Assembly (NCBI GenBank): GCA_030704615.1 | Contig: CM060733.1 | Location: forward strand, 23,746,001 to 23,810,000 | Direction of reading: 5' to 3' | DNA: 64,000 bases | Source of the DNA: Takakia lepidozioides | Taxonomy: Eukaryota; Plantae; Bryophyta | In this document: piece by piece, positions 39,579 through 50,720 of the stretch | Numbering within the stretch: the first letter of the stretch is position 1 | Layout: each line of letters starts with the position of its first letter | Position numbers and translations under genes: made by a program | Notes under the pieces: generated by a model | Told to the model about the DNA's origin: nothing | Database searches by the model: none | What the model saw: the letters and a program-made list of their open reading frames with translations, nothing else

Positions 39579-42533
39579 TGTCAAGCACGAGAACATGACA
39601 GAACACAAACAAAAGATCAGACTAGAGGTACAAGACTAGACAAGAAGTCAAGGTCGGCGTGGCCGAATGCATGGTAGGTGAACATGAATCAAGATGATCT
39701 TTATAACAATGGACAAGAGTACAAAATACTGGAACTCGACTCGGATACTTGAATGCTGGAAACTGGACTGGAATACCAGATACTGAAAACTGGACTGGAT
39801 ACTAGAAGCTGGACTGAAATTCTGGACTTGGAACAAAAGTCACTACAACAGATTACGGTATTTATGACTGTATATATGACTATTCTGCAGTCATAAACGA
39901 TACATATGACTTATATGACTGTAAATCGTGCAAACCAAGTCAATACAATGAGTACATGATGGTACGGTCCGGATGACTACAGTCATATGAACCAAGTGAT
40001 ATCTCTCACTGCAGTCATATATACCATACTCCAGCCGCCGCCGCCGCGCCACGTGACGAGGCGCAATTGATTTAAAATAAAAACATATGTCAAACGCCGC
40101 GTCACACCGCATTGTGCCACGTGACATAATGCATTTTATAATAATGAAAAAACCACGTGGCAGTCCATCTAGGGTACCACGTGCTATCCCTAGCTCGCCT
40201 ACTAACCCTAGGACCATCTTATCCATTTGATTGTACTTAGATGAGTTTGAACTTGCAACCTCTTTACTATAAGAGTTATAGTTCACTACCTGTTAACCAA
40301 TACACCTATTAGTCATTCATATGATCATATGGTGTTTTAATTGTATTATACACACCAAATTACAAAATCCCCATTAGTCATCATGACTATGTAACCTCAT
40401 CCATGTACACTTTAGTCATGGAAATGACTTTGAATGGTGAGTTAAATCTGGTCAATTGCCGTTGACCAGCCTTCCGCCTATTCCGGAGCCACAGACGACT
40501 ATTTAGATAGTCGTTCATAACACTACAGTCGTATGAACGACTGCGGGAGGTCAATTTCATATAAAAACATGGTGCAGTCATGGTCAAAGTCATGAAAACC
40601 ATGACTACCACGGTTTGGCAGTCATAACTACTGCGATCTGTTGTAGTGAGTAGCTTAACTTGTGTTGGCGAGACTGAAGAGTGTCCAGTCTCGCCTCCTA
40701 TATATATAGGCCATTAAGAAGCTTCCATAAGAAGCTTCCCCCTATGGAGGTTTCTTGCTAGAGAAGTTTCCAAAATTAAACAAAGGTTTTATGGAGTAGC
40801 TTCCTTAAACTAATGAAGTATCTTGATGGATAAGTTTCCTCCAAAGGAAGCTTCCTTAGCAGTTTCCCAAGTTACTCTTGGTAATTTGGTAAACTTTCGG
40901 TACCTTGGTAAGTAATGATAAATCATGATAAATCATGGTAAATCATGGTAACTTCCGATAATATGGTAACTTGGTAACTTTTGGTATTTACTCCTGGTAA
41001 GTTCATTTGGTCTATGTTTGTGACATCACCCCTCCTCTAGCGCCGAGTTCCTCGAGGAGCGGTAAAATCTTGGACTTGCTTAGAGTTGGAGAAAATCCAA
41101 AATCTGGCGAATGATACTTGCCAAGTATTCGACTCTTCGTTCTTGACTCAAATGATTTATAGATCCCTACAACCGTCGATAGTGTCCAACACCTTGAACT
41201 TGGGACCACGCACTGATTTGAGCATTCTGATTTTCGAAGGTGCCTTCAAACATGATTTCGTTGCCCTCTGGGTCCGAAGCCTCAACCTCCAACAAAATGA
41301 TCAGACTTTGAGTAGGCTCTACTTGTTGTCGTACAGGGTTCAGACGAGGAAGTACGCGTCGCATTGGTGGTCCATCGTCTCGAGAGCGTCGGCGTGATGT
41401 TGAAGGTCGTGAGAGTCGGAACGGCTGATCTGGTAGCTGGGTAAGTAACAATTCCAATGTATCTGGTTCTTGTGACTCCATGCTGCCAATATAAGATGTA
41501 AGAGTGCTGGAAGTATACTTATATATATTGATGTGTGGTGCTCTTCCCTCCTTAGCGGGTATCAGGTACCTTGAAGCTAGCTTGACTGACATCATCGTTG
41601 TGACGTCTCATTGACGTGTAGCTTGGGGCTTAGCGGGATATTGTTGATGAAACTCTTGGACTTTGTCAGAGGCATTGGCGAGGTTGGATGAAGGTTCCCA
41701 CGTTCGTTCGCAGATGTCGTAGCATTTCCAATGTTCGAAATACTCAAGACGTTTATACTTGATGCGAGAGTCTAGGACTTTGTCGACTTCGTCGACTTCA
41801 TACTCAATTTCCTGATTGACTTCGAGTGGTGGAGATGGTACGGAACTCTCCCTGGAATATTTGATGGATGATACAACTCCAATAATGAAACATGAAATAT
41901 TGGATGGATACGCATACTTCGTGGGAGTTCAAGCCGAAAACTGACCGGATTTATTTGTCAAATAATTTTGAATGGTCCCAGGCGTTGATAATCCAACTTC
42001 CTTGATGGTCGTGAGGTTTGTATGTCCCGTCGAAGAAGCCACACACGATCTCCGACCTTGAACTGGGGTTGGAGTTGACGACGTTGATCTACATACTCCT
42101 TGTATTGTTTTTGAGCTTCTACGAGGTGGGATGTAAGCTCCTTGTGAATCGTAGCAAGATGAGTAGCAAGGTTTTCCGCAGCAGGGCTTCCAATAGTTTT
42201 CATGTGGAAAAGGTTTGCTCGAGGATGATGACCATAATTGGAAAAAAATGGAGTTTGTTTGGTCGAGGAATGTATAGTGTTGTTGTAGGCAAGCTCAGCC
42301 AATGACAGAAGGTCCGTCCAATTATCTTGGTGATAATTTATCGTACAGCGAAGATACTGCTCCAAAATCTGGTTTACACGTTCGGTTTGACCATCAGTCT
42401 GTGGATGATTAGCTGTAGAGAGGTTGATCTTAGTATCCAATATGTAAAATAATCCCCTCCAGAAATTTGATATGAACTGTGGTTCTCGATTAGATACGAT
42501 GTCCTTCGGGAGTCCATGAATGCGGTAGATATT
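39579..42533 (-). mobile_element. Ty3/Gypsy chromovirus, 3' half: integrase core, chromodomain, extra ORF, PPT and 3' LTR
   Basis: Starts NIYRIHGLPKDIVS...HPQTDGQTERVNQILEQYLR...GPF; chromodomain [14 protein letters not shown]...HWKCYDICERTWEP; PPT CTAGAGGAGGGGTGA just before the LTR (41026-41040); LTR 41025 to 39579 with TGTCA...TGACA termini. Confidence 0.95.
39841..40648. mobile_element. Non-autonomous CACTA (En/Spm) element, 808 bp, nested in the 3' LTR
   Basis: 13-bp TIRs CACTACAACAGAT / ATCTGTTGTAGTG; 3-bp TSD AGT (39838-39840 and 40649-40651); many ATGACT/AGTCAT subterminal motifs; the 5' LTR has the empty site. Confidence 0.95.
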
Positions 42534-45500
42534 AGATATGGGTAGAAATGGTCGTGGAGATGTGGTATGCCGGTACTAGTGAGATCGTGTTATGTTGGAA
42601 ATATAGCCCATATTTTTCTTGGTGGTCTCTGGGGAGGTGATTTATAATGGTAGGAGGGCCTGGGTTTGTGTGGATGTCTCCACATCGTAGGAGGAGCAAC
42701 TTTTCGTGTATAATTGCGTGAGTTTTAAAGTGGGACGGTGGGATGAGTGTTTGGATGCGAGGGGTTTCTGATGGTATCTGCCATGTGGGCAATGTGTTAT
42801 GAGGTGGTGTGTTAGGGGTCTAGAAACGGGGATGCGCAAGAAGTATCTACTTTGGGGGTGTATGGGGAGGGGGGGTGGTATTGGTGAAATTGTCTTGGGG
42901 GTGAGTGGAGCTAGTGGCATGGGTGTGTATGGGGGGTTTGATTCTGATTTTGATAACGCTAAGCCCGGACATATCAGGTAGTTGGTGGATAGTGGGTGTG
43001 TGTCGCGCACCTCACTTCGGTAAGCTCCCCTTCAAGTCATAGTTACTCGCTTTGATGCGCGCGCCTGACTCCCAACCTGGACGCCGGGCCAACTTGGAGC
43101 TTCAGCTGCTCACCGGGACATAACGGTCCCCCTTCGCTCTCCCACTAAACCCTCCACCTATTTGGGCATAGTGGAATTCCCTTTGGTAGATGGCAGTCCG
43201 GAACAGCTCCCCACTCTTTGGTCGCTTTCCGGCTCGTTCGCTTACTCACTAGTTTTTGGTCACCAACGGGCTTGCACCGTTCTTGGGGTCACTACTCCCC
43301 TTATATATACTTCTGTAGCTGTCCGCGGGGGTTTCACAACCAGCCATGCCATTTTATGGCGAACTACCACGAAAACCCTCGACTCCTGGTGATGAGTCGC
43401 GGTGAGTCTTGGCTCACTCACCACGGCCCCTATGGACCGTGATGAGTCCCAAGACTCCCCACGACTCCCACCACGAGGTCTCCGCCCCTATGGTGAGTCC
43501 TATGCCACCCCCACTAAGTCCCGCTAAGCTACCACCACCCCTTGTGGAGCCACCCCCACCGCAACCCGGTGTGCGGGGCTCCACCTAGTGAGCGCCTCCG
43601 CCTCCTTGAGTGCCTTGGGCACTCAAGGGTGCTTCAGCCCCCCATACCTATCGCTGCCGCTGCCCCCACCACAGGGGCAGCCCCTCATGTGTCCCGACTC
43701 CCGGCCCTCAAGGCAAAGGGCCGCGACAGTGTGGGTTTTGAGTGGAGGGGGGAGAGAGAGAGAGAAAGATTTGCATAAATGGATGTGGATGAATGAACAT
43801 TGTTTATTACTAGGAGGGTGAGGTGGGGCCGGGATGGATGAAGGCTGAGGAGGTGTGAGCGGGCTGGATGGATTGCATACATCCAATCCATTGTGTCAGT
43901 CTTGGGGGGGAAGGTGTGAGCGAATGATTGCCACGTTGGGGTCTATTGGGTGTCGTGAGGGGCGGGCGGAAAGGACCGTTGGCTTCCCATGGGAGGGTGT
44001 GTTTTATTATTATTGGTTGTGGGTTAGTTGGGCGCGCCTGGGTTGGAATTGTAGTGGGAGGTGTATTCATATAAGAGAGTGGGACAGGTGTCAAGGGTTA
44101 AGTACGGGAGCAGTGATGTGGCGAGCCAGGGTAGGCTCTGTATGTGGGGCCTGCTAAGCGGGTAAAGTGACCGTGGTTGGGAGTAGTTCAGAACAACTTC
44201 GAGCTCGGAAGAGAGGGTGGAGTTTGCTTTGCAGCGCATAGTGGTCGGGCAGAGTTGTTAGCTCGTTGTGTATGAGCGTGGTGTGTTTGCGCATGTATAT
44301 TTGATGTTAAGGAAGGGGTAGGGTACCCCATAGAGAGATTCAAAGTGTAGAGGTTGTAGGGGTAGTGTAGTGAGAGAGCAGAGCTGAGCGGAGAACCGTA
44401 GAGGTGCATAGAGAGGTAACTTTTGCATAACAGATAAGAGGTCTACAAGTTGGGCCAGAGCCAGCATGAGAGAGGGGACTCATTTGGCGTTTTGGTAGTC
44501 GCGGTAGTGGCGTTGTCGATCATAGTGATGTTCACGCCTGTGGTGCCTGCCTGTCCAAGCTCGGGGGTAGGCTGAGCGCCTAGAAGGCCTGCAGTGCCAA
44601 GCTTGCGGGGTCCATCGTGCTTGAGCTCAAGGAGGGCCAATGGCCTGTAACCGCCAGCTTGAGTGTTGGGCAGGTTGCTGGATTCGCCATGCCCGTTGGA
44701 GCTAGTGATCTTGCTTGGCGGGAGTGGCAATTTGTCTAGGACCAGATTTGCATAGTTGTAAAAATTAGCTAGGTTGGCCCCTAAGTTTTTTGTGATGGAA
44801 TCCTGCAACGAGACCAGATAGGAGTGATTCTCTTCCTGTTGCGTGGCCATGGTGATAGCAACCCTAGATTCCATAGCTGCCAATTCTCCTCGTATGTCGG
44901 TTTTGATGGAGATGGCGCGTTCCACCAGTTTCCTGTCGATTTCGAGCATCATACTGTCATGCCCCTTTCGTGAACCAGAGTCGGCTTTGATACTGATAGA
45001 GTTTACTGTGTCCGCCAGGCCTGATTGATGTTGGCCACCCGGAGTCGCTGTAGAATCTCGTTGGCCGGGGGTGCTGATCCGTACAAGCTGTTTGTATGCT
45101 GTTCGAATTTCACAAGCCTGCCGAGCACGGGGGTGTGGGGCCTATTGCACCACTGGGTGTATACACTCAGGTTCTTGCAAGTTATGAGAGCTATGCCTGT
45201 GTGCTTAACTTTCTCCATTGGGGCGATTTTGCTGAAGTGGATTTGAGTGATGTTGTCTTTGCCGAAGACTTCCCTCAATGCCGCTTCCGTGTTTGCCTGG
45301 GTGTGCAAGGGGCTAAGGCTTTTGACCACTAACGTGAGCGCGTCCCTTTCCACCACTACATCCTGGGGGGTAGCTGCGAGACCTGTCATGCTTCCGCGGT
45401 TGATGCGCAACTATGGCTTGGTAAGTATGCGATTGATTCGGACACCTATTTCCAGCATACGTTTTTTTGTGTCGATGGAGGCCAGATAGATGAAGCAGAA

Positions 45501-47150
45501 CTTCTTCTCAGGTCTTGGCTTGTACACGTTCATAACCTCGAACTCGTCCCAAGCTAATACATTTCCATTATGAAGTGCATTGTGAGCTTGTAGCTGATGG
45601 TGCCTAGCAGAGCTTCACTGTTCATGTAGAGAGATAGGTAATCCGAGGATGCAAGCAAGTCAAACGCTTTCTCTACTTTACCTTGAAGTGGGATTCCCGT
45701 CGCCATTTCCATGACAAATGCTCTGTTGCAGGGCAATGCCGTCTGTAGCCGGATGCCGGAGCTCGACCCTGAGAATGCCCGACCACATCTTGCTTGCGTG
45801 CTTTGTGAAGGCAGTGACTGGCTCATAGAGCACATCACCGAGTGGGATGTTCATCTCGGCGAACCTTTTTTTTGCTCTGTACAGTGCCTGCTCTTGGGGT
45901 ATATCTGTGTCTTTATCGAATCGAATGACGATGTGGTGGGGTGTTACCGACAGACCTGATGCCGGATCAACCTTCGTTCCTTTGGGGAGCTGGGTGAGCG
46001 GGTAGTATTGCCCACTTTTCCCGTCCTGCCCTTGTGGCAGGGAAGTACAGCTGTGGTACATGGGGGTATGCTCTTAAGCAATACCTGAGCTCGTGAATTT
46101 CCTGAGCCTGGAGACCCGGCTGCTGGAGTTCCACTGTGGAGCGCGTTTCTTTGACGATTGGCAAATTTGTGTCCAGCACAGGTCGCTGGAGTACTGAGTA
46201 GCCCATCCATAGCTGTAGCGAAGGTCTATGGTTGGTATGTTCGAGAATTGGCGGTGGAATATCTGGGGGGGCACCCATGGATTTCCCTGTGTCGGAGTGC
46301 GAGCTGCACTCGTCACTGTTGATTTCGCTGGATAGCCTTTTGATGCTGGGGCTTGTTTGCGCAACTCCACTTGTCTTGTTGGTTTCCGCTAACGGAGGGG
46401 CCCTCCGCTAGGTGGATGGGCTGACTTTGTAAGACCTTCGCTCCGGGGGTGAGCTGACTCCATCATTCGTGGTCTTGCCCATGTCTTGAGAGGACTTGGT
46501 GTGGAAAACTTGCTCGTCGGCGAAGAATTGTTCGTCTGAGACGTGCATGTCGCTGATGTCCTCATCCTCGACGATTTGATTCGCATTCTCCGAGCGCTCC
46601 TCCTGGTGACTCATTGTGGTCGGGGCCTGTTTGGTACAGAGATAGTGGGTGCTGGTGTGAGGATGATGGAAAACGCTATCTACCCTCAGCTGAATTTGCT
46701 TTGATTGAGTCATGGATATGCTAGAGAGTTCGATGCAGTGATAGAGTATGCTGGGGGGAGCTGCGACGTGTAGTTTGGTGCGAAACAATGGTGTGATGTC
46801 GTAGAGAGGATGAGGGAGCGAGGGCTTGTGGCAAGGGAAGCTACCTTGGTGCGTTTGGCTGTCACTATATAGAGGGGTGGCGCCTTGTGTCAACAGATAG
46901 TTTGTAATTGTCATGGGGACATATCCTTTATTGTAGAGCCGGTATGAAGAGTGATGAGTTTTAAGAGAGGTAGTTATGTGGTGAGGCAGAGACGGCTGAT
47001 GCCTGATTTTGTATGGGATAGAGGGTGTCGTGGGTTATTTTGGTGGCGGATAAGTATGAGGGAACGGGCAGGTGCATGGGTATAAGGGGACACCAAACGT
47101 GCGGGGGCAGAGGGTTTATCTGCCGCTAGCCTTGCCTGACCCTAAAGGCA
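42534..47150 (-). mobile_element. L1-type LINE, 5' portion (5' UTR, degraded ORF1 ~46614-44443, start of ORF2 region with 2A-like motif)
   Basis: Collinear minus-strand ORF pieces (MSHQEERSEN..., HIVIRFDKD...MWSGILRVEL, coiled-coil-like DIRGELAAMESRVA) and the same C/A strand bias as 32188-35617, with which it joins in frame at 42534/32188. The 5' limit is approximate. Confidence 0.75.
43001..43728. mobile_element. Solo LTR (728 bp) inserted in the LINE
   Basis: Termini TGTCGCG...CGCGACA; perfect 5-bp TSD GTGTG (42996-43000 and 43729-43733); central TATA-like TTATATATAC at ~43301. Confidence 0.9.
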
Positions 47151-47639
47151 AGACACCTTTGTGACACCAAAGGATGGATTGAACCCACAACCACTTCCAA
47201 GGTTGTATGTGCCAAATACCAAAGGGCTACAGTTGTCAACCTTCCCAACAACTTTAACTAGGGCTTCACGTCGCTCCTCACTACTACCAACGACTTCTGA
47301 GAACAACGTTCACATAGATGGGCTATATTCAAGTTTTATGAAAAGATGAACATTTATTGGCTCTCCTGTAGAGAGAGACTATGCATCATGTGAAGAACAT
47401 GTGGTCAAAGGACCTTACACCATGTTAAGCCTCGGATTGGTGTGTTGTGCTGAGTCAAGCTCCTTAGTTTTCCCTTCTTCTTATGTTTTCCCAAAGCAAG
47501 AGAGCCCATTGCAATTTGAGGCTTGTTTCATTTGAACATGTATTACAGAAATTACAAGACTATCGAGGAGAAAGTACAGTACCAAAAGGGTCATAAGCCA
47601 GCAAAATCAGAATATGTTTGTCAAAACAAGGCTAGGAGT

Positions 47640-48114
47640 TGAACTGCGACAATGTCAGCATGGACCTCGATGCCTTTTCCAGAGCTGCCAATGTTGCACA
47701 CGCCTTGACAATGGATAGGAAAGTGACCCTGCCAGGCTACAACCATTCCTGTACCATTTTTCTCAATGCCTCCAATGCCTCCCTCCCACAACTATGCTTG
47801 GCATGTCCTGCTATCATAATATTCCATGTATATATATATCTCGTGCAGGCATATTGTCAAACACCCGACGTGCATTCACCACACTCCCGCACTTTGTTGA
47901 CAGGGGCATTGAGTAGAAAATGTTGGGATTGAATCCACTTTGGACAATGTGGACGTGCAACTGTTTTCCCTCTGCTAGGGCCTTTCATGTTGATGCACTC
48001 CTGCAATAGACAGACATAAGACTTAGGAAACCTGTTGTTCCACCACTGCAAAGGATCTGAGAAGTACTCCTTCCACAGATGATCTCTGCTCATTGTTTGG
48101 TCTGCAAACACCAC
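47640..48114 (-). pseudogene. OSB/PDF-motif-like fragment adjoining PLS-type PPR fragment
   Basis: LWKEYFSDPLQWWNNRFPK...PKWI, followed after a frameshift by KCGSVVNARRVFDNMPARDIYTWNIMIAGHAKH...*PGRVTFLSIVKACA. Confidence 0.6.
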
Positions 48115-48270
48115 TTAAACCACACAGGTAGTGTGAGTCTTACTGAGGATTGATTCCATATATTAACCTCTCTCTTTCCCTCTGCCTCCTGTGGAGGTAC
48201 CGAACTTCTTCGACCCTATCTCTCTCTTTCTCTCTCTGTCCCTGCCTGTCTCAACACTGTGCAACCTGAA

Positions 48271-48470
48271 TCAGAATAAACGTGGATCAAGGGCATCTCC
48301 TCCTGGGAATCCACTTAGTGGTTGTTTTGCAATCACGTGCTCTACCAGTAACGGGATGTCCAGGCCTGAATCATTTTTTGTAGCACCCGTCACATCACTC
48401 ACTACCTTAACTTTTCCACCCTGCTCGTGTATCAATGAGGCAGCCCAAGAGCCCACATTCCCAAAACCCT
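48271..48470 (-). pseudogene. Isolated glutamate dehydrogenase exon fragment
   Basis: [39 protein letters not shown] matches the GDH NAD-binding region; it is preceded by an AG acceptor; no other GDH exons are in the window. Confidence 0.85.
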
Positions 48471-48659
48471 GCCATTCCATACATCAGGCAGACCAGGCAG
48501 ATATATGTGAGAGAAATACCTAAGAACAACCTTGCATTCTCCAACCAGTGACAGAAGTGTTACGAGAGAGACAGAGAGAGAGAAAAAGCAGGCCCATCTT
48601 TGGGATGGATATATAGTTATTAAGTCAAGATTCACTAGACATAATCAAGACCATCGTTG

Positions 48660-49790
48660 CCTTCAGATTGTTCTTGACCTCAATGCAGCTGCAACCTGGC
48701 TCCTTTTGCACACCTCTGACCTTCATCATTTTTTGCATTGTTGTGGCATCATCCCACCTGCCAGCTGCAGCATAGATGTTGGAGAGCAGCACATAAGTTG
48801 CAGCATCCTGTTAATCCCACTTGAGAATCCATGTTGCTGCACGTTCTGCCAACTCCACATTGCCATGAATTCTGCAGGCACCAAGCAAGGCCTTCGAAAC
48901 CACAGCATCTGGTTCGGTTGACATTCTGTTAATGAGGTCCTCTGCTTCTTCCAAGTGCCCTGCTCGGCATAGAAGGTCCACCATGCAGCCAAAATGCTCC
49001 CTTATAGGAGTGAGGCCATAATCTCGACTAAGGGAATCCCAGTAGTGTCTGCCTTCATCCACAAGGCCCACATGGCTACATGCAGATATGATACATACAA
49101 AAGTTATACCATTTGGCTTCAACCGGCTTTCATGTTGCATTTGTTTGAATAAACTTAGGGCTTGTTTACCAAACACATGCTGGGCATATCCTGCACTCAT
49201 GGCATTCCAGAAGACCACCTCTCGTTGAGCCATATTATGAAACACCCGATTAGCATCATTTGTGCCCCCGCATTTGGCATACATGTCAACCAAGGCAGTA
49301 TCCACAATGATATCTGGCAGAATTCCCGATTTCATGATCTCAGAATGGACCTGTTTGCCTTCTCCAGGACTGCCAGGCTGGCACAAGCTTTACGAATGCA
49401 AACAATGGTTACCTCGTTGGGTTTTATCCCTTCCTGTATCATCCCCTCATGAGTGTTCAAAGCCTCCCTACCACACTCATGCTGGGCATATCCTGCGATC
49501 ATTGCATTCCATGAGACCACATTTGGCTGAGCCATATTGTCGAATACTCGTCGCGCATCCTTCATGTTCCCACATTTGGCATACATGTGGACCAGGGCAG
49601 TGTCCACAAGGACATTTGGCACAATTCCGGCCATCATGATGTCAGCATGAATTTCTATACCTTTTTCCAAGGCTGCACAAGCATTGAGAACCCTAGCAAA
49701 TGTGAGTTGATTGGGATTCACGTCTTCCCCTATCATTTCCTGGTAGGTTTATCCTGTGATCATTGCGTTCCATGAAACCATATCTCGTTA
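48660..49790 (-). pseudogene. PLS-E class pentatricopeptide repeat pseudogene
   Basis: TALVHMYAKCG...VSWNAMIAGYAQH repeats, ITFVCIISACSHVGLVDEG, HFGCMVDLLCRAGHLEEAE and E-domain ALLGACRIHGNVELAERAA; several frameshifts. Confidence 0.85.
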
Positions 49791-50162
49791 ATGCACAATA
49801 ATGCACTCCAAAGGTGTGGACTGACTTACCAAATAGTTAAACTGACTTCCAGGAGTGCAAGAGGCACCCATATCAGTGACCTAATGCAGCTAGTCTCTGC
49901 TCCAATGCTCTGTAAACAGACAACCTTCAAGGTAGTCCCCACTCCCCAACAGAGTCCTACCTGCACAAATCTTCTCTCCCCACAGGATTTTCCTCAAGTG
50001 ATGATCTTCTGTTTCATTACAAAATTCCACAGATCCAAGGGACAAGTATTGTTGCTGGCATGTTGTCTTCTACTGTACCTTCCCACACAACTAAGATGAC
50101 TGCATAAAATTAGAATAACAGTTTTAACAACCGATGTTATCATTAAGTATTGACAGTGATAT

Positions 50163-50720
50163 AAACTGAGGATAATTTTAAAAGAAGTGCAGACGTATCT
50201 GGGTGAATATACACTGTACAGGACAGTAAGGGACATATCAAGTCACTCGCACACTCGCAGCACAGTCTGGCATAAAGATCATAGAAGATCTCTGGTCATG
50301 CATCCTGTAATTCACAATCTGTCGATATCCCCAGCCACAATGCAGTAGTTACCTCAATTCCCAGTTGCCGGTACGAGCTATGGTAATTTTATGGACATCC
50401 TTCATTCTCAGACAAGCTCAAGTTCATTCAAATCCCTGGGAAAACTGAGGATAATTTTAAAAGAAGTGCAGACGTATCTGGGTGAATATACACTGTACAG
50501 GACAGTAAGGGACATATCAAGTCACTCGCACACTCGCAGCACAGTCTGGCATAAAGATCATAGAAGATCTCTGCTCATGCATCCTGTAATTCACAATCTG
50601 TCGATATCCCCAGCCACAATGCAGTAGTTACCTCAATTTGCAGTTGCCGGTACGAGCTATGGTAATTTTATGGACATCCTTCACTCTCAGACAAGCTCAA
50701 GTTCATTCAAATCCCTGGGA
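50163..50720. repeat. Near-identical 279-bp tandem duplication (2 copies)
   Basis: aaactgaggataattttaaaagaagtgcag...caaatccctggga starts at 50163 and at 50442, with only a few substitutions. Confidence 0.95.

Noticed and set aside
27894-42533. Two independent truncated Gypsy copies, each hit by a separate LINE insertion
   Set aside because: The halves are exactly complementary at the codon level for both the Gypsy and the LINE, and the outer flanks form a 4/5 TSD; a single inversion is far more parsimonious.
43360-43470. Possible hammerhead ribozyme/retrozyme in the solo LTR (TGATGAG twice, CGAAA nearby)
   Set aside because: Both sites read GTGATGAG rather than the required CTGATGAG core, and the stems do not assemble into a hammerhead.
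47160-47245. tRNA-like A/B-box sequences here and near 40240, 52170, 62860 and 63120
   Set aside because: No acceptor stem or cloverleaf; at most SINE-like remnants, too degenerate to call as tRNA genes.
48271-48480. Functional GDH gene
   Set aside because: Only one exon-sized piece is present, embedded among pseudogene fragments.
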